A DNA stretch of 64,000 nt from Phascolarctobacterium sp. (GTDB lineage: Bacteria > Bacillota > Negativicutes > Acidaminococcales > Acidaminococcaceae), in the NCBI GenBank assembly GCA_051866495.1, contig JBJDXD010000026.1, positions 177 to 64,176 on the forward strand. The letters run 5' to 3'. The notes below the pieces were generated by a model. It made no database searches and was not told the DNA's origin. It was given only the letters and a program-made list of their open reading frames with translations. Shown here in pieces: positions 1 through 10,088 of this stretch. How positions within the stretch are numbered: position 1 is the stretch's first letter; each line of letters begins with the position of its first letter. Both the position numbers and the translations under genes were made by a program.

Positions 1-1047
1 CTTAGCAAAACACGTCAAAATCTTCTCGGAGAACACACCGCATTCCCCAGCCATAATCATCCTAAAGGCCTCGCCCTTGCCATAAGCATCCTTATAGCAA
101 CGCTTGCTCACCAGCGCATCATACACATCCGCAACGGCCACAATCTGAGCTGAAATAGGAATCTCGTCCCCCACCAGCCCCTCAGGATAGCCACGCCCAT
201 CAAAGCGCTCATGGTGATAGCGAGCAATCTCGTAGCTCACCTTTTCGTACTCATTAGTACCAATGCCCTTAATATGCTCAATAATAGCACTGCCCTCCGT
301 GGTATGAGTTTTCATAATATCAAACTCTTCCTTAGTCAGGCGGCCGGGCTTGAGCAAAATAGCATCGCTGATGGCAATCTTGCCCACATCATGCAGGGCG
401 CTAGCAGCCACAATCACATTAATCTGCTTTGGAGTGAGCCCATATTCAGGATATAGCTTAGCAATTTGCTCTGCCAAAAGCTTGGTAAAGCCCTTCACCC
501 GCTTAATATGCTGGCCGCTTTCCAAATTGCGGTATTCAACCACCGTACCCAAAAGCTCAATAATGCGCTCATTGGTGCGCTTTAGGCAAGCAGTCTGCTC
601 AGCCAGACGAGCGTTTTGCTCCTTAATCTCCTCCGTTTGCTCATCCACCAGCTTTTCCAAATTATGCTGAATGGTATAAAGCTTGATTACATTCTCCACC
701 CGACGGTTAACAGCCAGCTTATCAAAGGGCTTACGAATAAAATCAATAACATTCAAATCCAGGCATTTGCGCTCTGTTTCCGCATCAACCTCGGCGCTGA
801 TAACAATAATCGGCACAGCATCCAGCAGACCATGCTCGTTAACATATTTTAAAACGTCATAGCCATCCACTTCCGGCATCACCAAATCCAAGAGCATCAG
901 CACAAAGCCATTGCCATCCTTGCCCAAGGCCTCGATGGCCTCCTTACCATTGGTAGCCAGCACCGTTTCATAATCATTGGCCAAAATACCGGCTAAAATA
1001 TCCCTGTTGATTTCTTGATCATCAACAACCAAAATCTTTTTCTTCAT
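1..1047 (-). CDS. Response regulator receiver + HD-GYP c-di-GMP phosphodiesterase (RpfG-like); 3' end runs off the window
   Basis: Not in the ORF track. Manual translation from ATG 1047 gives MKKKILVVDDQEINR...LMLLDLVMPEVDG (receiver), then ALHDVGKIAI (HD) and HHERFDGRGYPEGL (GYP). The frame stays open to base 1. Confidence 0.93.
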   Translation of the reverse strand, partial: MKKKILVVDDQEINRDILAGILANDYETVLATNGKEAIEALGKDGNGFVLMLLDLVMPEVDGYDVLKYVNEHGLLDAVPIIVISAEVDAETERKCLDLNVIDFIRKPFDKLAVNRRVENVIKLYTIQHNLEKLVDEQTEEIKEQNARLAEQTACLKRTNERIIELLGTVVEYRNLESGQHIKRVKGFTKLLAEQIAKLYPEYGLTPKQINVIVAASALHDVGKIAISDAILLKPGRLTKEEFDIMKTHTTEGSAIIEHIKGIGTNEYEKVSYEIARYHHERFDGRGYPEGLVGDEIPISAQIVAVADVYDALVSKRCYKDAYGKGEAFRMIMAGECGVFSEKILTCFAK

Positions 1048-1077
1048 TATTCATCACCAACAACTTACTCAAACCTA

Positions 1078-1434
1078 TTACTTACTGGAGCGATATTCCT
1101 CTAAAATCAGCATGGTGCGTGCATAAATATCCTTCACGCTCTCCACCAGCTCCTGACTTTGAGGCGCCTTGTTACCGCGCATTTCCTCGGTCAAGGCCAC
1201 AACACCGGGCTCCAGCTGGGTGAGGCCCAAATTCAGCACCACGCCCTTTAAGGTGTGTACAGCCATAAATCCAGCCTCGTAATCCTGACGTGCCAAGGCA
1301 TCCATCAGCTTTTCCATATTGGTGTCCTTAGTAAATTTCAACACTAAATATTCTATCAAGCCAGCATCCCCAATACGCTCGAAGATATTATTGTAGTCGG
1401 CACCCATCTTATCATAGCACTCTTTAATGGTCAT
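1078..1434 (-). CDS. Hpt (histidine phosphotransfer) domain protein
   Basis: 118 aa helical protein with the AVHTLKGVVLNLG Hpt motif, placed between hybrid kinases and a response regulator. Confidence 0.9.
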   Translation of the reverse strand: MTIKECYDKMGADYNNIFERIGDAGLIEYLVLKFTKDTNMEKLMDALARQDYEAGFMAVHTLKGVVLNLGLTQLEPGVVALTEEMRGNKAPQSQELVESVKDIYARTMLILEEYRSSK

Positions 1435-1514
1435 AACACACCGTCCTTTTACAAAAGTAGTTTCTTTATATTGATTTTAACTCATTTTCTAGCTAAAAGC
1501 AAAGCAAATTTGAT

Positions 1515-3620
1515 TTAATTCTTTTGCCATACCCTTTGCAGAGTTTTGTACAGCACATCTATATAAAGGGGCTTTGCAATATGCCCATTCATACCGTTTT
1601 GCAGCGCCCGCTCCTTGTCCTCTTCAAAGGCGTTGGCCGTCATTGCCAAAATCGGCAGCGTGGTAACATCCTTACGGGGCAAATGGCGCATGGCCTTGGT
1701 AGCCTCATAGCCATCCATAATGGGCATTTGGATATCCATCAGCACCAGGTCGTAATAATACTCCGGCCTAGCCTTAAGCATCTCCACTGCCACGGAGCCA
1801 TCGGCAGCCTCCTCCACGGTAAAGCCCGCTCTGGACAAAATCTCGTAGGCGATTTCTCGATTGAGCTCGTTGTCCTCTACTACAAGCACCCGCTTACCCT
1901 CAAAGGTAATGGGCTTTTCTTCAGCCTTCTTTTCGGGCACAATGCCACGGCAGGCTCTGGCGGTTTCCAGCAGCACATTGCGCAGGTCGGACATAAAGAG
2001 GGGCTTATTGCAGAAGCCAGTTACCCCGGCCTCCCGCGCCTCCTGCTCAATATCCGTCCAGTCATAGGCCGTCAGGATAATAATGGGCGCCTCGTTACCA
2101 ATCACCCGACGAATGCGGCGCGCTGTTTCAATGCCATCCATCTGGGGCATCATCCAGTCAATAATATAGCTGTAAAAGGAATCCCCATCGTTATGAGCCT
2201 TTTGGGCACGGAATACAGCCTCGCGGCCGGAGGTAGTCCATTCGGAGCGCATACCGATTTGCCCCAGCATCTTGGTGACGCTGTCGCAGGTTTGGAAGTC
2301 GTCGTCGACTACCAGAGCACGTAAGCCCTCCAGCTCCACCATGTCCTCTTTCTTGCGGACTACACTACTCAAGGCGAAATCAAAGCCCACGGTAAAGGTC
2401 GTACCCTTTTTGAGCTGGCTTTGTACGGCGATGGTACCGCCCATCATATCCACCGTATGCTTAGTAATGGTCATGCCCAGGCCCGTGCCCTCGATGCCGC
2501 TGACGGTAGCAGTATTTTCTCGCTCAAAGGGGTCAAAGAGATGCTTCAAAAACGCCTCGCTCATACCGATGCCGCTATCGCGAATAATGAAATCATAATG
2601 GGCATAGCCGGGCTTTTTCGAAGCCTCCTGACGGATAGTGAAGGACACTACGCCGCCAATAGGGGTAAATTTAGCTGCGTTGCTCAAAATATTGATGAGC
2701 ACCTGATCTAGACGCAGGGGATCGAAAATCAGCTCCTCGTCCTCCACGTCAATAGTATCCACATAAAACTCCAAGCGCTTGGCGCGCATCTGGGGCCGTA
2801 TCATATTCACCAGATTATGAACCCGTTCGGATAGATTGCATTCCTTTTCCTGAATGACGATCTTACCGCTTTCAATGCGGCTCATGTTCAAAATATCGTT
2901 AATGAGGCTCAGCAAATGGTTGCTGGAGCTCATGATTTTTTCTAAGCAGTCCTGCACTCTTTCCTTGTTATCTAAATGGCTGGCCGCGATACTAGTGAAG
3001 CCGATTATAGCGTTCAAGGGCGTGCGGATATCGTGGCTCATATTAGACAGGAAGGTGGTTTTGGCCTTGGAGGCATGCTCCGCCTCGGCTAGGGCATCGT
3101 GCAAAAGCTGCTGCTGCTTCATCTCGTTGAGCACATCATTATCGGCGTCCCGCACTGCGAAAACCGCCGTAAAATTGTCCTCGTCCATATGCATGCGCAG
3201 GATGCGCCATTCGCCGTAGCCATAATCAACGCTATCGGGCAGGGCCCTACGACGGGCCCGCACCACGAAGGACGGCTCCCGCCGCAAAACACGGCGAATA
3301 TTTTCGATGCTGGTATCCCGCAGCAGCCTCTCCTGATCATCGGGATGGACAAAGCGCTGGATATAGCCGCGTATAGCCTCCGTATAGTCCATTTCCAAAA
3401 GGCCATCCATGGTTATAGCAGCACGGTTATGGTCATCACGCTGCAAATAAAAGACATTTTTATTCAAGTCCACCCGCCAGAGAGCATAATAATCCTGGCT
3501 CAGAGCGTAGACAGTTTCCTGCAGGGCCTCGGACTTTTGGCGTAATTCTTCCACATTAGAGCGCAGCTGCTCTAGGGTGGTAGCCCATTCTGTTCCCTTC
3601 GGTGTATTTTCGATCATCAT
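1515..3620 (-). CDS. Hybrid sensor histidine kinase (PAS-like input, HisKA, HATPase, two receiver domains)
   Basis: H-box FLSNMSHDIRTP, N-box NILSNAAKFT, G-boxes DSGIGM and GTGLGM, receivers IIDWMMP and LMDIQMP. Start set at ATG 3620 behind a GAGGAG RBS; the ORF track starts at 3644. Confidence 0.93.
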   Translation of the reverse strand: MMIENTPKGTEWATTLEQLRSNVEELRQKSEALQETVYALSQDYYALWRVDLNKNVFYLQRDDHNRAAITMDGLLEMDYTEAIRGYIQRFVHPDDQERLLRDTSIENIRRVLRREPSFVVRARRRALPDSVDYGYGEWRILRMHMDEDNFTAVFAVRDADNDVLNEMKQQQLLHDALAEAEHASKAKTTFLSNMSHDIRTPLNAIIGFTSIAASHLDNKERVQDCLEKIMSSSNHLLSLINDILNMSRIESGKIVIQEKECNLSERVHNLVNMIRPQMRAKRLEFYVDTIDVEDEELIFDPLRLDQVLINILSNAAKFTPIGGVVSFTIRQEASKKPGYAHYDFIIRDSGIGMSEAFLKHLFDPFERENTATVSGIEGTGLGMTITKHTVDMMGGTIAVQSQLKKGTTFTVGFDFALSSVVRKKEDMVELEGLRALVVDDDFQTCDSVTKMLGQIGMRSEWTTSGREAVFRAQKAHNDGDSFYSYIIDWMMPQMDGIETARRIRRVIGNEAPIIILTAYDWTDIEQEAREAGVTGFCNKPLFMSDLRNVLLETARACRGIVPEKKAEEKPITFEGKRVLVVEDNELNREIAYEILSRAGFTVEEAADGSVAVEMLKARPEYYYDLVLMDIQMPIMDGYEATKAMRHLPRKDVTTLPILAMTANAFEEDKERALQNGMNGHIAKPLYIDVLYKTLQRVWQKN

Positions 3621-3636
3621 AAATCTCCTCTTAAGC

Positions 3637-6474
3637 TTAACCACACAGCTGGGCCAGCAGCCCCATCAGCTTATCGATATCGATGGGCTTGGCCATATGG
3701 GCATTCATGCCCACCTCTAAGCAATGCTGCATATCCTCGGCAAAGGCGTCCGCCGTCATGGCGATAATGGGCAGCTTGGCATCCTCCCTGTCCAAGGCAC
3801 GAATCGCCTTGGTTGCCTCGTAGCCATTCATCACCGGCATCCGCAAATCCATCAGCACAGCCCGGTAGTACCCCACAGCAGCTGCTTTAAATTTATCCAC
3901 ACAGATTTGGCCATTTTCAGCCGCATCCACTAAAATCCCTTTACGCTTGAGCAGAGCAACGGCAATCTCCCGATTGAGCTCGTTATCCTCTGCCAAAAGC
4001 ACCCTGAGCCCTTCTAAATGCACCTCTGGCTTGGCCACCGGGGCCTTTTTCTCGGCGCAGCGATATCCGCGCTCCACATCCAGCACAATCTTAAACTCAG
4101 TGCCCCTATTGGGCTCGCTGCACACGGTAATGCTGCCGTCCATAGCGTCAATAATATATTTTGTAATGGCCATACCTAGGCCAGTACCCTCAATCTTTTG
4201 CACGCGGCGAGTGTCCTCGCGGGCGAAGGATTCAAAGATATGCTTTACAAAATCCTCCGTCATGCCAATGCCATTATCCTTCACACCAAAGTGCAGGCGC
4301 ACCATGTTGTCGCCCTTGGGAGAAGCCTCCTCGCGCAGGGAAAACTCCACCCTGCCGCCCTCAGGGGTAAATTTAACAGCATTGCCCAAAAGGTTCAAAA
4401 GCACCTGATGCAAACGCACGCCGTCGCTATAAATGCCGGCACAATTAAGCTTGTCCACATTTAGCACCAGCTCCTGATGCTTGCCCTCAAGCTGTCCCTG
4501 CATGGTGGTCACAATATTATTCACCAATTGCTTGAGGGATACATGCTCACGATGCAGCACCAGCTTGCCTGCTTCAATCTTGGACATATCCAGCACGTTA
4601 TTGATGAGCCCCAAAAGATGCTTGCTGGAAATAACGATTTTATCCAGGCAATCCTTGAGCTCCGCCGGATTATTGATATTATTCATAGCAATGTTGGTCA
4701 TGCCCATAATGGCATTCATAGGCGTGCGAATATCGTGGCTCACATTGGACAAAAACTCGCTCTTGGCCTTGTTAGCGCGCTCCGCCTCTAAAAGGGCTGC
4801 CTCCAGGGCCTCCTTGCTGCGACGCTCCGCCTCCACGGAGGCAGTAATATCCGTGCGGGCCATGCACACCCTGCCTAAGCGCATATCGATGGCAGTTACG
4901 GTAACCACCTTCACCTTAGGCGGAAAATTTTCGTTTTTATAAACAGAATAAGTGAAGCTATAGCTATCCTTATCCTTAAGCTGCTCGGCAATATATTCGG
5001 GATTGAGCTTGCTGAGCCACAGCTCCCTATCCTCCGGCACCACATGGCGTTCTAGGGCACCCTTTAAAAAGTCCTGGTACGCCACACGGCGACCGATCAA
5101 GGTACCATGAATCTTGCCCGCATAAAGCACCGTGCGAGTGCCATGGAGCAAATCTATATCGGTAATTCTATCCGCGCCCAAGACGGACATTTTGCGAACA
5201 ATTTTACGATTGATATACTGCTCTGTGGCATCCACAATGGATAATACACCCATGATATCATCCGTATCAGGGTTTTGCATCATGGTTACTTTAAACTGGG
5301 CGTAGCGACCATATTCCTCTAAGGGACTCTTCACAAAATAGGTATGGCTAACCTCGCGTTGACCCTGAGCATATTTTTCTAATAAGGGTGCTTTTAAGGC
5401 AAAGCTCAAAAATTCCTTTTGCTCCTTAGCATCCACAATAAATTGGCTTATAAAGCGCACGAAGGTTTCCTGCTCGTCCCCCAGCTTACTGAGCAAATCC
5501 TTGTCCTGATTGTCCACAACCTCAAGCATTTTATTTTGGGAAATATTGCAGTGTCCCACCAGGAGCATATCATGTCCCAGTCCATAGTAGCTGGAGGCCA
5601 GCAGCTCACGGTATTTGTTCCTTAGCTGCTCTCGCTCTTCTAGCTCCTTAGTAATATCCCGATAAACGCAATAATTGCGGCGCAGACCATCCTCGCTGGT
5701 CATGGTGTTGATGGTGTTGCGCACCCACAGGTAGCTGCCATCAGCATGAATTAGGCGATAGACAAATTCTGCACTTTCCCTTCCACTTTCAATATACATA
5801 TTTAAATCGTGGGCTAGCTGCATGCGGTCGTCGGGATGCACGCCGGTCATAGCATCCTGCTTATACAAAAGCCACACCTGGGGCAGCTCCATGCCAAACA
5901 TAGCGGCAAAGCCCTCGGACATAAACTCCGGCGTCCACACACCCCGCTCGTCGCATTTAATAACAGCCACGCCGCCGGGGATGGTGTTTAAAATATCCTG
6001 CTTTTGCTTATTAGCCATATTTAATTTGGCATAGCCCTGCTGTGTTTCCTTCAGCTTGCCTTCAATATTTTGCTGTATTTGGACTACGTCCGTAATATCC
6101 TGGTGACAGCCGTGTACCCTAAAGCCCTGGGTATATTCCGGGTCTAGGTCGCCGCAGCAGCGAATATACATCAAACCCCGCTCCGGATGCATCCAAGCAT
6201 ATTCAATCTCCGAATGCTCGCCCTGCATCATGTTTTGCATATAGGCTGTTGCACGCTCTTTTTCATAGGAAGGAATATTATCCTCCCACAGCCTATAGCC
6301 CTCCTCCGGCGAAAGCTCCTTGGCGATACCCATCATCTCCAAAAAGGTATCGTCTGCATATAAACGCGGTGGCTTATCCTGGTCATATTCCACACACCAC
6401 AGGCCAATCTTGGCCTCCTGCAGCATGGTATGCACTTCACCAATTTTACTGAAATGCTGGTCCAATCTTCTCAC
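3637..6474 (-). CDS. Multi-PAS hybrid sensor histidine kinase with C-terminal receiver
   Basis: PAS/PAC-like segments (VHPDDR...YRLIHADGSYLWVR), H-box FLSNVSHDIRTP, NLLGNAVKFT, GTGLGM, receiver LMDLRMP. No transmembrane helix is evident. Confidence 0.92.
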   Translation of the reverse strand: MRRLDQHFSKIGEVHTMLQEAKIGLWCVEYDQDKPPRLYADDTFLEMMGIAKELSPEEGYRLWEDNIPSYEKERATAYMQNMMQGEHSEIEYAWMHPERGLMYIRCCGDLDPEYTQGFRVHGCHQDITDVVQIQQNIEGKLKETQQGYAKLNMANKQKQDILNTIPGGVAVIKCDERGVWTPEFMSEGFAAMFGMELPQVWLLYKQDAMTGVHPDDRMQLAHDLNMYIESGRESAEFVYRLIHADGSYLWVRNTINTMTSEDGLRRNYCVYRDITKELEEREQLRNKYRELLASSYYGLGHDMLLVGHCNISQNKMLEVVDNQDKDLLSKLGDEQETFVRFISQFIVDAKEQKEFLSFALKAPLLEKYAQGQREVSHTYFVKSPLEEYGRYAQFKVTMMQNPDTDDIMGVLSIVDATEQYINRKIVRKMSVLGADRITDIDLLHGTRTVLYAGKIHGTLIGRRVAYQDFLKGALERHVVPEDRELWLSKLNPEYIAEQLKDKDSYSFTYSVYKNENFPPKVKVVTVTAIDMRLGRVCMARTDITASVEAERRSKEALEAALLEAERANKAKSEFLSNVSHDIRTPMNAIMGMTNIAMNNINNPAELKDCLDKIVISSKHLLGLINNVLDMSKIEAGKLVLHREHVSLKQLVNNIVTTMQGQLEGKHQELVLNVDKLNCAGIYSDGVRLHQVLLNLLGNAVKFTPEGGRVEFSLREEASPKGDNMVRLHFGVKDNGIGMTEDFVKHIFESFAREDTRRVQKIEGTGLGMAITKYIIDAMDGSITVCSEPNRGTEFKIVLDVERGYRCAEKKAPVAKPEVHLEGLRVLLAEDNELNREIAVALLKRKGILVDAAENGQICVDKFKAAAVGYYRAVLMDLRMPVMNGYEATKAIRALDREDAKLPIIAMTADAFAEDMQHCLEVGMNAHMAKPIDIDKLMGLLAQLCG

Positions 6475-6640
6475 CCATTTTCTGCATTATCTTTACTCAC
6501 GCAATAGTGTTCAGCGACACTTCTCCTGTTTATAATATTAACAAAAAGGGAGAGAAATTGCAAGAAAAATAAAAAAGCAAGAGCAAAATCTTACCCTCGT
6601 TTTCAAAAATTATTTATATTGGCAATGTTTTTGTATAAAG

Positions 6641-6670
6641 CACAAGCCCCGCTTAATAGCAGGGCTTGTG
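6641..6670 (-). terminator. Intrinsic terminator-like hairpin downstream of the hydrogenase gene
   Basis: CACAAGCCC-C-GCT/TAAT/AGC-A-GGGCTTGTG inverted repeat about 30 nt past the stop codon. Confidence 0.7.
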
Positions 6671-6702
6671 ACTAGCTTTGTATGTAATGATGAAAATATG
6701 GA

Positions 6703-8754
6703 TTAATAGTTGGATTCGTGAATTTCAAAATAGGATTGGGGATGAGCGCAAACCGGGCAAACCTCAGGAGCCTTGGTGCCAACAACGATGTGACCGCAGT
6801 TACGGCATTCCCAAATCTTGATTTCGCTCTTAGCGAATACTTGGGCAGTTTCCACATTCTTCAAGAGTGCTCTGTAGCGTTCTTCATGATGGCGCTCGAT
6901 TTCGCCAACGGCACGGAATTTAGCAGCCAATTCGGGGAAGCCTTCAGCTTCGGCAGTCTTAGCAAAGCCCTCGTACATATCGGTCCATTCGTAGTTTTCG
7001 CCTTCAGCAGCAGCTAAAAGGTTGGCCGGAGTGTCGCCAATGCCGTTCAGCTCCTTGAACCACATTTTAGCATGCTCTTTTTCGTTTTCAGCGGTCTTTA
7101 AGAAGAGGGCTGCGATTTGCTCATAGCCTTCTTTTTTAGCTACGCTTGCAAAATAGGTGTATTTGTTGCGAGCGCCGGATTCGCCATCAAAGGCTGCATG
7201 CAGGTTCTTTTCGGTTTGGGTGCCAGCATATTTGTTAGCCGGAGCAGGAGCCTCTTCCTTTACGAATACGCTTGCGGGTTGCTTGCAAATCGGGCAGGTG
7301 AAGCCTTCAGGCAGGGTTTCGCCCTCATAAATATAACCGCAGATACCACATTTCCATTTAGTCATTTTCTTTTCCTCCTTAGTATTTACATGAAGCAGTT
7401 CGCTTCTGTCTTTATACATGGTATGAAGCATTTTTTCAGCCAGCTCGCTTAAGGGCTTGCCATAGAATTCTTCATACAATTTTTTAATAGATTCATTCTC
7501 ATGGCTCTTGCGCACCTTCATGCTGGCATCACGAGTGTACAGGCTGGCAATACGTGCTTTGCGAGCATCGTCTGCTACGGGCAGCATGGTTTTGGGTTGG
7601 CCGCCACCACCAATGCAGCCGCCGGGGCAGGTCATCACTTCGATAAAGTGATACTGCTTCTCGCCGGACTCAACGCGCTCAATCATCTTGCGCACATTGG
7701 CAGTGCCATAAACAATGGCCACGTTCACAGTGAGGCCGTCCACATCCAGGCTGGCCTCGCGAATGCCCTCATAGCCGCGCACGGGCTGCAAATCCAAGAG
7801 CGGTGCCGGTGCTTCCTTACCGGTAATAAGCTCATAAGCAGTACGCAGTGCAGCTTCCATAACGCCACCGGTATTACCAAAGATAACGCCGGCGCCACTG
7901 CCCTCGCCCATGTAATCGTCATAGGCGGAGTCCTCTAAGCTAGCAAAATCCACGCCTGCTTCGCGAGCCCATATAGCCAGCTCACGGGTTGTGATGACTG
8001 CGTCCATGTCACGCAGGCCTTCAATTTTGAGATAATCAGCTGCGTCGCTCATTTCTTCGCGACGAATTTCAAATTTTTTCGCAGTGCAGGGAGTTAAGGC
8101 TACGTTCACAATCTTGGTGGGGTCGATACCCATCTTTTTAGCAAAGAAGGTCTTAATAGTGGGGCCCTGCATGCCGATGGGGCTCTTAGCACTGGAAATA
8201 TGGGGCAGGATTTCGGGATAATACATCTCTGCAAATTTTACCCAAGCGGGGCAGCAGCTGGTGAATTGGGGCAGGGGACCACGTCCCTTAGTGATGCGCT
8301 CGATAAGCTCGCTGGCTTCCTCCACAATGGTTAAGTCCGCAGCAAAATTGGTGTCTAATACATAGTCCACACCCAGCTTGCGCAGTAAAGCTACCATTTT
8401 GCCTTCTACGAAGGCGCCTGCCGGCATACCAAATTCTTCGCCCAAGCCCACGCGCACGGACGGGGAAGTGCTTACAATAACAATTTTATCAGGATCAGCC
8501 ACTGCTTCACGAATATCTTGATACTCGTAACGCTCAGTGAGGCTGTCTACGGGGCAAACCTGGGTGCATTGACCGCAATGGATGCAGATGCCCTTGCCAC
8601 CGGTTTCCTCCAAGGTATAGGTGCCATGCACGCCAATATATTCCTCGCACACGGTTTTGCACATACCACATTTGATGCATTTGTCCTCATGACGCACGAT
8701 GGCCACATTGTCCTCATCCATGGGCACACGCACGTTAAGCGGCAGATGTTGCAT
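6703..8754 (-). CDS. hydA: [FeFe]-hydrogenase (2x[4Fe-4S] ferredoxin + H-cluster + small-subunit region) fused to rubredoxin and rubrerythrin
   Basis: [19 protein letters not shown] ferredoxin motifs. H-cluster motifs [33 protein letters not shown]. Then CGICG...CPICK (rubredoxin), the rubrerythrin di-iron bundle (GESGAR...ENEKEH...GENYE...EIERHH) and C-terminal CRNCG...CPVC. Confidence 0.95.
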   Translation of the reverse strand: MQHLPLNVRVPMDEDNVAIVRHEDKCIKCGMCKTVCEEYIGVHGTYTLEETGGKGICIHCGQCTQVCPVDSLTERYEYQDIREAVADPDKIVIVSTSPSVRVGLGEEFGMPAGAFVEGKMVALLRKLGVDYVLDTNFAADLTIVEEASELIERITKGRGPLPQFTSCCPAWVKFAEMYYPEILPHISSAKSPIGMQGPTIKTFFAKKMGIDPTKIVNVALTPCTAKKFEIRREEMSDAADYLKIEGLRDMDAVITTRELAIWAREAGVDFASLEDSAYDDYMGEGSGAGVIFGNTGGVMEAALRTAYELITGKEAPAPLLDLQPVRGYEGIREASLDVDGLTVNVAIVYGTANVRKMIERVESGEKQYHFIEVMTCPGGCIGGGGQPKTMLPVADDARKARIASLYTRDASMKVRKSHENESIKKLYEEFYGKPLSELAEKMLHTMYKDRSELLHVNTKEEKKMTKWKCGICGYIYEGETLPEGFTCPICKQPASVFVKEEAPAPANKYAGTQTEKNLHAAFDGESGARNKYTYFASVAKKEGYEQIAALFLKTAENEKEHAKMWFKELNGIGDTPANLLAAAEGENYEWTDMYEGFAKTAEAEGFPELAAKFRAVGEIERHHEERYRALLKNVETAQVFAKSEIKIWECRNCGHIVVGTKAPEVCPVCAHPQSYFEIHESNY

Positions 8755-8810
8755 AATTCTCCCTCCTTTAAGGTTTTGTTCATATGTTTGCTAAACAACC
8801 TTTACCTCAT

Positions 8811-8893
8811 ATTATGCTACTCATGACCAAAGCTGTCAATAATATTAGCCTAATATTTATTATTAGTATGACATGCAACCTGAATTTTGTCAA
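8811..8893 (-). promoter_or_regulatory. Tandem sigma70-type promoters with an intervening palindromic operator candidate
   Basis: TTGACA(8839-8834)-17 bp-CATAAT(8816-8811) and TTGACA(8893-8888)-17 bp-CATACT(8870-8865). Perfect palindrome AATATTAG-C-CTAATATT at 8841-8857. Confidence 0.65.
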
Positions 8894-9035
8894 TAATCAT
8901 TTTCTATTAGTAGATATTTCAGAGTATTTTAGTGGGAATTGAGGCGCATTACTTCGTCAAAACACTCCCTACTAAAAAAAGACTATGTAAATAATTTGCT
9001 TGAATCTCTAAAGCAGGGGGATAATAAAGCTTTAA

Positions 9036-9233
9036 AAAGTCGCCGCAACAAAAAAGCAGCAGCAAGCGCTTCTTGCATATGTAGAAACGCTGCTTACTGC
9101 TAAAGACGCCGACACTATATACGCTACTTACGATAAACTGGATACAGAAATAGCAAATTTATATAACCTAAGCGATACTGAATATCAAATTATTAAAAGC
9201 AATCTAGAAGGTCAAAATCTCTTTTTATGTTAG
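9036..9233 (+). pseudogene. Orphan C-terminal fragment resembling type IIG/Eco57I-like restriction-modification methyltransferase tails
   Basis: Frame with no start codon: KVAATKKQQQALLAYVETLL...LDTEIANLYNLSDTEYQIIK...*. It resembles the 'IDxLVYxLYxLTxEExxII' ending of such enzymes. The context is AT-rich and an in-frame stop lies immediately upstream. Confidence 0.4.
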
Positions 9234-9353
9234 CGACTTAAACTTACTAACTACACATAAGCACGACTAGACAAGCTCCCCATAAAAGGCAGGGTAGGCA
9301 ATTCTTTCATGCTTTTCTCCTATCAGGAACCAACCAAATTATACATTGATATT

Positions 9354-9968
9354 TTATGGCAGCTCTACATAGGTGGTTCCGGCTGCATAGCAGTCCAATT
9401 CATAGGGAGGATACATCAAGTAAACCTTGCCCTTGTTCAAAATATAATACTGACTAAGCTCAAAATCAGCTTTTTTGATGTAGCTCAAAAAGGGAGCGGA
9501 GCTTTGAGTGACCAAATCCCGACAATATACTTTAATGGTGCCTGCTTGAATGCCATCATAAAGGGCATCGGGGGTAATAGCCTTGGCAAATTTGGTATAG
9601 GGCACGCGCTTGCCACTCTTTTTGTCGTAAACAATACCAAAATCATAGTACATGCCGTGGGCACCGCCCAGATTATCCCAGCTAGTAAAGATAAGATTTA
9701 GATATTTATCATCCTCGCTGATAATTTCATAATTTGTACCCACCGCAACATAGACTGGGTCAGTGCTTTGCGCTAGCTTTTTGGTTTCATTAACCATGCG
9801 CATAATATCATCGTTAATACGCTGGGCTGCCTTGGCCTTTTCCAAAGTGACAACCGGGTAGGTAACCTTGTATTTAGCACCGGTTTCTTCCTTTTTCGTA
9901 ACATCAGCAAAGGCACTCGCGCTAATAGCTAGACATATGCCTAAGGCAAGTAAGGTTTTTTTTAGCAT
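9354..9968 (-). CDS. Secreted DUF3298/DUF4163 (PdaC/RsiV-like) protein
   Basis: Signal peptide MLKKTLLALGICLAISASAFA, VTYPVV, GGAHGMY and the C-terminal YPPYELDCYAAG pattern. Confidence 0.7.
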   Translation of the reverse strand: MLKKTLLALGICLAISASAFADVTKKEETGAKYKVTYPVVTLEKAKAAQRINDDIMRMVNETKKLAQSTDPVYVAVGTNYEIISEDDKYLNLIFTSWDNLGGAHGMYYDFGIVYDKKSGKRVPYTKFAKAITPDALYDGIQAGTIKVYCRDLVTQSSAPFLSYIKKADFELSQYYILNKGKVYLMYPPYELDCYAAGTTYVELP

Positions 9969-10088
9969 CTGGACGAACCTCCTTTTTCTTTTGCAATTTC
10001 TAGTAATATGTTATAAAATATTCTAGTAACTGTAAAGAGGCAATTTGAAAATAATTAGTAAAATTGTAGAATGGTAGGAGAGATTTAT

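Noticed and set aside
211-852. Plus-strand ORFs 211-456, 350-670 and 616-852
   Set aside because: They are shadows of the minus-strand receiver-HD-GYP gene that the ORF track missed. The same applies to the many antisense ORFs over the kinase, polyamine, galE and tpsA genes.
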